Of a stretch of 64,000 bases of DNA, positions 1-9,000 are shown one piece after another. The position numbers were made by a program, and so were the translations under genes. The DNA is from Gammaproteobacteria bacterium (GTDB lineage Bacteria; Pseudomonadota; Gammaproteobacteria; Poriferisulfidales; Poriferisulfidaceae). The DNA is taken from NCBI GenBank assembly GCA_026713705.1, contig JAPONY010000059.1:55670-119669 (forward strand), written 5' to 3'. How positions within the stretch are numbered: the first letter of the stretch is position 1; each line of letters begins with the position of its first letter. The notes beneath the pieces are model-generated. The model saw only the letters and a program-made list of their open reading frames with translations, was not told the DNA's origin and did not search any database.

Positions 1-267
1 GTGCACGTCTTCAAGGCTTGCATCCCACTCGGCTTCGCCGGAATCGATGCGCGCGCGCACCTGCGCCAGACCCTTGACGAGGGTCTCGCATTCTTCCTCG
101 CTGAGCACGCCTGCCCGGTGCAACCCACGGGCATGCGCCTGCGACCCCTGGATGTCATAGGGGTACAGGCGGCCGTCGAAATGGACGGACGCGGTAAACG
201 TCTCCACCTGGCTGTCGGTCGCCCGAGCGAACCGTCCAGCCCAGGGTTTCGCTGTAGATTGAGGCAT
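1..267 (-). CDS. argH: Argininosuccinate lyase, N-terminal part; the gene continues beyond the window start
   Basis: Minus-strand translation from ATG at 267 reads MPQSTAKPWAGRFARATDSQVETFTASVHFDGRLYPYDIQGSQAHARGLHRAGVLSEEECETLVKGLAQVRARIDSGEAEWDASLEDVH, which matches the conserved ArgH N-terminus (WGGRF...DI.GS.AH...L.DVH). It is GC-rich and host-like. The plus-strand ORF 1..309 in the track is its antisense. Confidence 0.8.
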   Translation of the reverse strand, partial: MPQSTAKPWAGRFARATDSQVETFTASVHFDGRLYPYDIQGSQAHARGLHRAGVLSEEECETLVKGLAQVRARIDSGEAEWDASLEDVH

Positions 268-375
268 GTGACCCTCACGAATTTAGAGGTATTTTACGGC
301 AGCACATGATTTATCGCTGACAATGGGCCTGCCGTTTCGCGACTCGGTAGGCTAAGTATCGGGATTTCTGCCTTC

Positions 376-639
376 TTAATCGCCCTCGTCAAGTCCAAGG
401 ACTTGACGACTGAATTTTGAATCATTGCATTCCTCAGGCCATCTTTCCCTGTTTCCCGAAACCCCAAGGTGTTTTCGGACCGATTCTAGTTTTTCGAAGT
501 CGATTCCTCCTCGACCTTGCCGACACACGAGTTCGGCGACTGGTTCCCCATTTTCTAGAATAACGACCCGCTCACCGCTCTTCACAATCTCGACCAGTTC
601 AGAAAGGCGCGTTTTCGCTTCGTGAATAGGAAGCTCCAT
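376..639 (-). CDS. Phd/YefM (prevent-host-death) family antitoxin-like protein
   Basis: 87 aa. The N-terminus MELPIHEAKTRLSELVEIVKSGERVVILENGEPVAELV is the classic Phd/YefM-VapB antitoxin fold signature. It lies 5 bp downstream of the 344-aa gene on the same strand. No PIN/VapC or RelE-type toxin follows it. Confidence 0.7.
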   Translation of the reverse strand: MELPIHEAKTRLSELVEIVKSGERVVILENGEPVAELVCRQGRGGIDFEKLESVRKHLGVSGNRERWPEECNDSKFSRQVLGLDEGD

Positions 640-643
640 TCCC

Positions 644-1678
644 TTACCCGTCCAACATTTCTGTTGCTGCTTCGGTTACTTTCTCTCCCGACGGCCTTTT
701 CCCGAATTCTACAAAATTGACTCCCTGATCTTGGCTACTTTCGTACTCCACCAGACCAGTCGGTACACTACCGAAGACAGTTTTTGTGGCAGCCATCAAA
801 ACAGCATCTCGGACATAAGGGTCATCTGCCGCCTTCACAAATGCCTGAAAGGTTTTAAGGCTCAAAGCACGATGCTTATTCACTGTCGCTTGATGAATTA
901 GTGCGCGATAGATACGCCCACACCAGATTGTCCCTGTGAAGAGAACAGCAATAATTGCTACTTTACTAGCAACGTTGCGGAGGGTTTCCCAACCATCGGC
1001 CTTTGGTGAAACTTCGGGCCAAAAATAGGACCCAATCGCCGCACCTATAGTTAGAGCCGCAAATACAGCCGTAGCAATCAGCCAATTTTTTGACCGTGCG
1101 CCGAGTGTCGATGCTTCATCACGAAACTCTTCCGTGAATGTAGCTACCCCCGTACTCGCTGCTGCTGCGCGAGCAGCTTTTATGATTTCTTCTATTTCAC
1201 TATTTTTGTCGTCAGCCGATTTTTTTGCTTCCTCAAGAATTTTTCCTGCATCAGCAACCGCTTGGTTTAATTTCGTTATATTGTCCGTAGCATCGCCACG
1301 CCTATAGGCGAGGTATGGAATAGAAGAACCTGCAACAGCATAAAGAGCTTCGACCTGTGCGTGGAGGTTTTGAGAGAGATTGTCTCGCCTACTGACCGGG
1401 TCTCCTCCTTCAAGCGAGAATTGATCGATTTCTGCTAATCCGCCAACTACTCCAGGAACGTAATCAATTATCTGTTGCGCGGTAGTATCCGTTAGGTATT
1501 GAAGCGGTAGGTCTAAAAGATCTGTAGCCACGGATAGAGCTAAGTCGATATCTGCCCGTGCTTCTTCGAAGTTAATTGAACCCCATTTATCCTTACGGCT
1601 AACTAGGTCAATGTCTGTATATGCCGCTAATGATTGAAGCTCCCCTTTAAGGCTATCGATTAAGTGCTGCGTTGCCAT
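644..1678 (-). CDS. Two-transmembrane-helix protein of unknown function with a soluble N-terminal domain; possible membrane-acting toxin or abortive-infection effector
   Basis: 344 aa. Two predicted hydrophobic helices (NWLIATAVFAALTIGAAIGSYFW and VAIIAVLFTGTIWCGRIY) sit in the C-terminal half. An AAGGAA SD lies 9 nt upstream of ATG 1678. GC is low. It is co-directional and nearly contiguous with the Phd-like gene. Confidence 0.6.
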   Translation of the reverse strand: MATQHLIDSLKGELQSLAAYTDIDLVSRKDKWGSINFEEARADIDLALSVATDLLDLPLQYLTDTTAQQIIDYVPGVVGGLAEIDQFSLEGGDPVSRRDNLSQNLHAQVEALYAVAGSSIPYLAYRRGDATDNITKLNQAVADAGKILEEAKKSADDKNSEIEEIIKAARAAAASTGVATFTEEFRDEASTLGARSKNWLIATAVFAALTIGAAIGSYFWPEVSPKADGWETLRNVASKVAIIAVLFTGTIWCGRIYRALIHQATVNKHRALSLKTFQAFVKAADDPYVRDAVLMAATKTVFGSVPTGLVEYESSQDQGVNFVEFGKRPSGEKVTEAATEMLDG

Positions 1679-1692
1679 ATTCCCAGTTCCTT

Positions 1693-1870
1693 ATAGATTA
1701 AACCTGACTGAACTATCAGCGTCGTCATTTCCAACCCTTTCATAGATGCCGTCTAACACCCTGTCCATGGAATCTGCCTCAGCAATCATGCCATTCTTCA
1801 GGGCGAGTACGGCATAGCCAGAGCTCTTTGTTCCGGTGAAGTACATCGCATGCATTCCATCCATGCCCAC
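1693..1870 (-). CDS. Small ORF (59 aa with GTG start, 57 aa from ATG 1864) leading the minus-strand operon
   Basis: My own translation: (V)GMDGMHAMYFTGTKSSGYAVLALKNGMIAEADSMDRVLDGIYERVGNDDADSSVRFNL. AGGAG lies 9 nt upstream of GTG 1870. The TAA stop is 14 nt before the 344-aa gene start. It is just under the 60-aa cutoff, so it is absent from the ORF track. Confidence 0.3.
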
Positions 1871-2002
1871 ATCCAGATACTCCTAGTGAGTATGCATTGT
1901 AACTCACAGTCTTTAGACTTTGAAATTTAACGAAAATTATCGTAAATACAATGGATTACGTGGTCGTCATGAGGATACGCTAGGATACACTCTAAATCGT
2001 TC

Positions 2003-2029
2003 TCTGCGGGTGTCTCGGCAACCCGCAGA
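2003..2029. promoter_or_regulatory. Perfect 9-bp inverted repeat TCTGCGGGT-N9-ACCCGCAGA in the divergent promoter region of the island operons
   Basis: Read directly from the sequence. It lies about 60 bp upstream of the methyltransferase ATG (2089). No T-run follows on either strand, so it is more likely an operator or RNA structure than an intrinsic terminator. Confidence 0.3.
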
Positions 2030-2088
2030 ATAAACGAATTAACAAGGTTCACTCATACCCATACTCAAAAATTGCTGACATCATCCCA

Positions 2089-5000
2089 ATGCCTACTCGC
2101 CAGACCTCGGAATCCCGAGAAAAATTCAATCAGCTGAAAGCCCTACTGAGGGAAATGTTCCAACTTGACCGGGGCGACCTTGACTTCGGCCTGTACCGGA
2201 TCATGAACATGATGGCGGACAAGATCACGAAGTTCCTTGATAATGACTTGTTGCCTCAAGTCAAGACGATATTGGCCGGGGTCTCTGATGAGGACAGAGC
2301 CGATCTAGAAAAACATGTTGAAGACGCGAGAGCGATGGCCAAATCTCTGGGAATCAACCCGGACGATGCGCCGAAAGTGATTGAATTGGAACGGCAGTTG
2401 GCCGAAGCAAAAACAGATGCGGAAGCCGAGGCGGATGTCTATGGTTACTTGGCTAACTTTTTCTCCCGATACTACAGTGAAGGCGATTTCATGTCGCTGC
2501 GCCGCTACTCTGGAGGGGGCGACTCGGCCTATCATATTCCCTATGACGGGGAAGAGGTGAAACTGCACTGGGCCAATGCGGATCAATACTACATCAAGAC
2601 GGCGGAAAATTACGCCTCCTACGCTTTTACGCTCCAAAAGAACCGGCATGTCAAGTTTGAAACTGTAGCGGCCGATAGCAAGAAAGACAACATCAAGGAA
2701 ACTAGCGGCAGACAACGTCGCTTCGTGTTGGTGCCCGGGAAAGGTGCCATTGTGCATGCAGACGAGACACTGATAGTTCGCTTTGAGCATCGCCCGCTAA
2801 CGGATAGCGAAAAGAAGAAATTCCCTGGAAATGGGGACGGCCAACAAAACCGGATCAACCAAGCGACAACAGAGCGCATCTTGCAAAACCTAAATCCGGA
2901 TTGGCGAGCTTGTCTTTCTGAACTTGAGCCAACTGGAGCCAATAGCAAACGCACGAAACTCGAAAAGCACGTTGAACGCTACACAGCGAAAAATAGCTTT
3001 GACTACTTCATCCACAAGGACCTAGGTGGTTTCCTGCGCCGCGAGATGGATTTCTATCTGAAAAGCGATGTGTTCAACCTGAACGACATCAATGCCAGCA
3101 ATATGGTTCAATTACGCCGTGCGCAGTTGCGAGTGCGTGCGACTCGTGAAATGGGCGAGAAAATCATCTCCTTTCTTGAGCAGTTAGAAAATTTCCAGAA
3201 GAAACTCTGGCTCAAGAAGAAATTCGTACTGGACACGCATTGGTGCGCCACCCTCGACCACGTGCCAGAAACCTTCTACGCCGAAATAGCAGCCAATGAA
3301 AGGCAAGTTGAAGAATGGAAAGAACTGTTTGCGATTAACGAAATTGACGGTAGCCTTTCCAATGACGGCACGGGATATTCCGACCCACTAACCATCGGAT
3401 TTCTCAAGGCCAACCCGTATTTAATACTGGATACGAGACATTTTGACCGTGACTTCACAGACCGCCTACTAGCAACCTTGTCCGAAATTGGTCCATTGGA
3501 TGCGAAGACTGATGGAGTATTTGTCCATGGAGAGAATTTTCAAGCACTAAACCTTTTAAAGAAACGATACCACAGCCAAGTGGAATGCGTCTACATTGAT
3601 CCTCCCTACAATACAGGCGACTCAGAAATCTTGTATAAAAATGGGTACCTTAAATCCTCGTGGCTGACTCTGATGGCCAATCGGCTGGCTCTTCTCCCTG
3701 AAATATTAACTCAAGACCTTGTTCTCTATATCGCAATTGACGATTTTGAAATGGTCGACCTTGCAAAACTTCTAGATGAAGAATATCCCTCATTACGACG
3801 CGAGACAATTATTGTTAATCACCACCCACAAGGGGGGAAAGCTCAAACCTTAGCGCATACACATGAATACATGCTCGCATGCGTACCCACATCGTCAAGT
3901 AGAACACTTGTAGGAAGAACAGGCCACCGTGACGAAGAACAACGGCCGTTTAGAAGAAGCGGAACTGCCGAAAGTAACTTTCGTTACGCGCGGCCGAACA
4001 GTTTCTACGCAATTCTAGTAGACCCCTCTTCCCGTCAAGTTGTAGGTTTGGAACCGCCACCAATAAAACATGAGTATCCGACAGAACCGACTGACAAAAA
4101 TCTCGTCAGAATTTATCCTATTGGCGCACAAGGAGAGGAGCGGGTGTGGAGAAAGTCTTATAAATCATGCCAAGCACTCGTCGACGGTAACAAATTGTGC
4201 TGTTCCAAAAGCAATACAATTTATCAGAGGATTAATGCTGATGAGCGGAAAACTGCACTATTTAGCAACTGGACAGATTCCCGATATAACGCAGGCACAT
4301 TTGGCGCTAATTTGCTAAGCGACATCACTGGTGCACCCAATCAATTTTCCTATCCCAAATCAATTCATACTGTCGAAGACGCAATCTTCGCAGCCAACCT
4401 TAATGCGGACGCATATATATTGGATTATTTTGCTGGCTCCGGTACAACTGGCCATGCAATTATTAATCTAAATCGAGAAAATAACACTCATTACAAATAC
4501 CTAATGGTCGAGATGGCCGATCATTTCGATGCAGTGCTATTGCCACGTATCAAGAAAATCATTTATTCGCCAGGCTGGGAAGGCGGCAAACCAGCCTCCC
4601 GCGACGAAGGCATCTCGCAACTCTTCAAATACATCCGTCTCGAATCATACGAAGACACACTGGACGGCCTCGTATGGAAACCAAAGGAAAGTGATTTGTT
4701 CGCTGATAATCCTGCGCTGTCCGAAGACTATCAGCTGCGTTACTCGCTCAATGTAGAAACTCAAAACAGCACCAACCTGCTGGGCATGGATTGTCTCAAT
4801 CCATTTGCCTGTACCATTTCCACCGTACGCGATGGAGTGCGCCAAGATGTGCCCGTAGACCTGCCAGAAACTTTCAACCATCTTATTGGTCTGCATGTTC
4901 ACTCTTACCAGAAAATTGATGATGTTCTCTCTATTACTGGTACAGACAGCCAGAAACGAAATTGTCTGATTCTTTGGCGCAATCTCGAAAAAACAGACAA

Positions 5001-5184
5001 TGCCAAACTGGAAAAATGGTTCGATCTCAACCGGAAGCTCTTCCCTGACTCACTTGCTCTTGTCTACGTCAATGGCGACCACACTCTGAATGCGATTCGA
5101 GGAAAGAAAGACATCTGGACTGCGAAAACCATTGAACCCGTCTTTCGAGCCTTGATGTTCGAGGATTGCTCGTATGGCAAATAA
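2089..5184 (+). CDS. Large beta-class N6-adenine (or N4-cytosine) DNA methyltransferase: a Type III Mod-like C-terminal region (aa about 470–1031) fused to an uncharacterised N-terminal domain of about 470 aa
   Basis: 1031 aa. Motif IV DPPY lies at aa 504–507, preceded by the GENFQALNLLKKRY lead-in typical of the N6_N4 methyltransferase family. Motif I FAGSGTT lies at aa 781–787, after a stretch of about 270 aa that is presumably the target-recognition domain (TRD). This is the beta-class order IV...TRD...I. The N-terminal 470 aa (EKFNQLKALLREMFQLDRGDLDFGLYRIMN; YGYLANFFSRYYSEGDF...PYDGEEVK) matches nothing I can assign. GC is low. It overlaps the next gene by 11 nt. Confidence 0.85.
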   Translation: MPTRQTSESREKFNQLKALLREMFQLDRGDLDFGLYRIMNMMADKITKFLDNDLLPQVKTILAGVSDEDRADLEKHVEDARAMAKSLGINPDDAPKVIELERQLAEAKTDAEAEADVYGYLANFFSRYYSEGDFMSLRRYSGGGDSAYHIPYDGEEVKLHWANADQYYIKTAENYASYAFTLQKNRHVKFETVAADSKKDNIKETSGRQRRFVLVPGKGAIVHADETLIVRFEHRPLTDSEKKKFPGNGDGQQNRINQATTERILQNLNPDWRACLSELEPTGANSKRTKLEKHVERYTAKNSFDYFIHKDLGGFLRREMDFYLKSDVFNLNDINASNMVQLRRAQLRVRATREMGEKIISFLEQLENFQKKLWLKKKFVLDTHWCATLDHVPETFYAEIAANERQVEEWKELFAINEIDGSLSNDGTGYSDPLTIGFLKANPYLILDTRHFDRDFTDRLLATLSEIGPLDAKTDGVFVHGENFQALNLLKKRYHSQVECVYIDPPYNTGDSEILYKNGYLKSSWLTLMANRLALLPEILTQDLVLYIAIDDFEMVDLAKLLDEEYPSLRRETIIVNHHPQGGKAQTLAHTHEYMLACVPTSSSRTLVGRTGHRDEEQRPFRRSGTAESNFRYARPNSFYAILVDPSSRQVVGLEPPPIKHEYPTEPTDKNLVRIYPIGAQGEERVWRKSYKSCQALVDGNKLCCSKSNTIYQRINADERKTALFSNWTDSRYNAGTFGANLLSDITGAPNQFSYPKSIHTVEDAIFAANLNADAYILDYFAGSGTTGHAIINLNRENNTHYKYLMVEMADHFDAVLLPRIKKIIYSPGWEGGKPASRDEGISQLFKYIRLESYEDTLDGLVWKPKESDLFADNPALSEDYQLRYSLNVETQNSTNLLGMDCLNPFACTISTVRDGVRQDVPVDLPETFNHLIGLHVHSYQKIDDVLSITGTDSQKRNCLILWRNLEKTDNAKLEKWFDLNRKLFPDSLALVYVNGDHTLNAIRGKKDIWTAKTIEPVFRALMFEDCSYGK

Positions 5185-6064
5185 TCCTCCGAATCTTTCA
5201 TTCTCTCAACGCTACGGTCATGAGCCTCTGCCGGAGCCAATGCAACTGGAACATCTATCAAAAGACCTAAGGAGAGAAATCTGGAATGCCGTTCGGGATG
5301 GTCTGAAAGAAATCCGTTATTCTTCTATTGAATACACCGTTGATGCAAATGAACCGCCCTCAAGATTTTTTGCCCGTACCCTAGGCACTCTTGAAAAAAT
5401 CCCGGAAGATGAAGTACCTAGTCAAGATGGGCTGGTTCTCCAGCAATTCAAGTCAATAGTGATGCACCGTGATTTCAATATCGTATTAGACTTGATTGAA
5501 AGATTACTGAACAGTGATTTTCCTACTGCAGCACTTCGCTCCCGCATACCGGCTTTGTTTGAGAAACATGCTGCAGCATACCGGCTTGATATGTCTCAGC
5601 AACCGTATTGGTTTTATCCACAGGGCAACAGGGAGCAAGGAGAAGCAATACAGCAATCCATTGAAACAATTCATCAGAACAATATGGACGGTGCTACTAC
5701 ACACTTGCGTCAAGCTGTTGAACACATCAATGCGCAGCAATATGCAGACTCAATTACTGACAGCATCCATGCTGTCGAATCTGTAGCACGTCAGATCGCT
5801 CCTAAAGCAAATACTCTAGGTACGGCACTTAACTTTCTTATAAAAGAAGGATCATTAATGAATCCAGTACTTAAAAAAGCATTTGAAAAACTCTATGGAT
5901 ATACAAACAGTGAACAAGGTGTTCGACATGCTCTTTTGGACCAGGGTTCTCCTAATGTTGGCTTGGATGAGGCTGTTTTTATGTACGGGGCATGTGCGTC
6001 CTTTGCCGCATACCTGACCAGAAAATACCAGCAAGTAGCACAGCAAGGGACCGACGGCCGATGA
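5174..6064 (+). CDS. HEPN-domain protein, AbiJ-like (N-terminal AbiJ-NTD-like region plus C-terminal HEPN with Rx4HxN), embedded between mod-like and res-like genes
   Basis: 296 aa. The N-terminus MANNPPNLSFSQRYGHEPLPEPMQLEHLSKDLRREIWNAV resembles the N-terminal domains that accompany AbiJ-type HEPN proteins. The candidate HEPN motif is R179-QAVE-H184-I-N186 (TTHLRQAVEHINAQQY), followed by LYGYTNSEQGVRHALL. The start overlaps the upstream stop by 11 nt, and the stop overlaps the downstream ATG (ATGA), so it is translationally coupled on both sides. Confidence 0.55.
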   Translation: MANNPPNLSFSQRYGHEPLPEPMQLEHLSKDLRREIWNAVRDGLKEIRYSSIEYTVDANEPPSRFFARTLGTLEKIPEDEVPSQDGLVLQQFKSIVMHRDFNIVLDLIERLLNSDFPTAALRSRIPALFEKHAAAYRLDMSQQPYWFYPQGNREQGEAIQQSIETIHQNNMDGATTHLRQAVEHINAQQYADSITDSIHAVESVARQIAPKANTLGTALNFLIKEGSLMNPVLKKAFEKLYGYTNSEQGVRHALLDQGSPNVGLDEAVFMYGACASFAAYLTRKYQQVAQQGTDGR

Positions 6065-9000
6065 GGGGCCGACGGTCAGCACCCCTCCTCCAGGACCGTC
6101 TTGTCCTGCTCCGCTTCATGTGCCAGGAATTTGGCTATGCCGACATGGACGCGATGCTTGACCGCCTGCGCGATGCGCTGCCCGTATTCACAGCAAGAAG
6201 AGAAAGCGAATATGCCCGCGCCCTGTACCTGCACCCCGATAACGCAAGCATCAGCGCAGAAACTTTCACTGAATATGACGCAAATATCGCCATGTACAGC
6301 CAGCGCCTGCACATGACGGAAGAACGTGGTCGGTCATGGAAGCCCCATCAATATCTCGCGCTACTGTTCACCGAACACTACCTGAATCGCTATTTCAGTG
6401 ATCCCCAAGCGCTATGCGCTGGCCTGAATGCGACGAAAACCGCGAACCCGATGACCCGCAGCATGCCCGATTGCACCCCAAGGGATCTGCATACCGTCGC
6501 TCTCCAAAGCGCAACAGGCTCCGGCAAAACGCTGATCATGCATGCATCGATCCTGCAATACCAGCATTGGCTCAACCGCTCAGGCCAACGACTCAACAAC
6601 GTCATCCTTGTGACGCCGAACGAACACATGTCCAAACAACACAATCGGGATTTGCAGGAAAGCAATATCTCCGCACGGCTTTTCTCCAATGAGGCGGGCC
6701 CCGACTTATTCGCTTCCGTAGAGATCATTGATCTCAACAAGCTGGCAGAAAAAAGAGGGATCAAGCGTGTCGCGGTGCGGGATTTCGGCGAAAACAATCT
6801 GGTCCTAGTCGATGAGGGACACCTTGGGGCATCTGGAAAGGCATGGCGAGAACGCCGCGAGGAACTGGCACGGGGCGGATTTACTTTCGAGTATTCTGCA
6901 ACCTTCAATCAAATCACGGGCAAAGACCCTGCCCTGCGGGATGTCTACGGAAAATGCCTGCTGTTCGATTACGCTTACCGGGAGTTTTATAAGGACGGTT
7001 ACGGAAAGGACTACTCTATTTCGAACCTGCCAAGGGGAGCGGAAGACGAAAACAGCCGCATGTACCTGCTTGGGTGCCTGCTCACCTTTTACCTGCAATG
7101 TTGTATTTGGAGAGACAGGGATATCGAATGGGTTGATTTCAATTTGGCAAAACCGCTATGGGTGTTCCTCGGAAAAACCGTGACTGGAAGCAGCAAAGCA
7201 GATAGGGAGACCAAATCGGACGTTATCAATATCCTAGATTTTTTTGGTTGGCTGTTAGCGAATAAAAAGGATGTATGCGCCATGTTTAAACGTCTGCTGG
7301 CCAACGATTCAGGAATCACCAACGAACTAGACGAAGATTTCTTCGCTGACAGATTTGCCAGATTCAAATCGAGCCGGCCAAATGACCTCTACGCCGATAT
7401 TTGCGAAACCCTGTTTCACGGAGAAGGACAATTGCATGTCGTCTACATCACTGGCGGAGACGGTGAATTTCACTTACGCGCTGCTGACCATTCTCCCTTT
7501 GGCGTCGTCAACATCGGAGATTCGGCTGCCCTCCACAAAATACTGAAAGAAAAAGCTAACCCGGATTTTCGTGTGGAGCGGGAACTCGGCTTTGCAAAAG
7601 TGTTATTCCCGACGGTTGACCAGCCGGATTCAAAAGTGAACATCGTAATCGGTGCGCGCCGCTTTATTGCAGGATGGAACTGCTGGCGAGTCAGCACCAT
7701 GAGCCTAATGCATGTGGGTGTAGGAGAGGGACCAGAAATCATCCAGATGTTCGGAAGAGGAGTCCGCTTGAAAGGCTGGAACATGAGTTTGAAACGTCAT
7801 CAGAAAAGTGGTGCCAAACTACCGCAAGGCAGCGAGGAGCTGGCTGAATTGGAAACCCTGCATATCTTTGGATTGCGTGCGAACTACATGCAAATCTTCC
7901 GAGACCTGCTGGAAAAGGAGAGGATCGCACTGGAGCACATCAAACTCCCTGTGACGTGGAATTTCGCAAAAACGACCGACCTGAAATTCATCCGGCTCAA
8001 AAAGGGCCAAAAATACATGGGATCGGGAGAACGATTGACCTTGCCACTCCCCAACGCAGGCAATCCCACCGTGAAACTAGATTTGTATTCTCGGCTGCAA
8101 TCCGTAGCATCCAGCAAATCCACCGCCATCGAAAGAGAAAAGGTTCAATTCAAATTCACTCCGTGTCACACCTCCCTATTCAACAGGACTCGCATCTATG
8201 ACTCCCTGATAGCGCACAAGCGCCAAATGGGTTGGCACAATTTGGCCCTTCATGCTGAAACCATAGATGAACTACTAGCCAACGACACATGGTACGAACT
8301 TCAGGCCCCTCCCGAAAAAACCGATATGCAAAATTTTAAGGATGTGCAGGCATTAGAGGATGTGGCCATTGATCTTCTTGCCAAATATGCGGATCAACAT
8401 TGGCGAAAACAGCGAAGAAAGTGGGAGCATGAAAACATCGAGGTGGTGACGCTGGGTGAAAACGACCCGAACAACATCAAGGAACATCGGTTGTCGCTGG
8501 ATGCAAAAGAGGAAAGGCTAGTCGAGGATATTCGTTCACTCAGAACGAATCTCAACCACCCTCTTCCTAGAGACCTGAGGCTCATCGTCATCAGAACCAA
8601 GGTTCACGCCTATGAACCTCTCCTGTACGCGAGCAAGGACTGCAAGGTCACGGTCCAGCCCGTTCCCCTGAATCAAGGCGAAAAAAGCGTCGTAGAAAAA
8701 CTGGAGTCATTAGCCCGATACAACGATGGCTGCCTGCGAGGCCGAGACCTTTTCCTGATTCGCAACCGGACGCACGGCAGAGGCGTTTCTTTTTTTGATG
8801 ACTGCGGCTATTACCCGGACTTCATCGTCTGGTTGAAGAACGATAACAGCCAGCATGTAATCTTTCTTGATCCGAAAGGACTTGGCTACTATGGTCAGGA
8901 AAAACGCAAAAAAGTGGAATTACATGCTGAAATCAAGGAGGTCGAAAAGCGAGTGCGTAATGACGATCAAACCCTGCGCTTACACGCTTATGTCCTATCG

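Noticed and set aside
1-309. Plus-strand 102-aa ORF at the window start
   Set aside because: It is antisense to a clear argH N-terminal coding region on the minus strand, and its sequence is not protein-like.
2305-4902. Several minus-strand ORFs inside the methyltransferase gene (2305..2790, 2619..2954, 3276..3458, 4645..4902)
   Set aside because: They are antisense within a well-supported long coding region and have no SD or domain signal.
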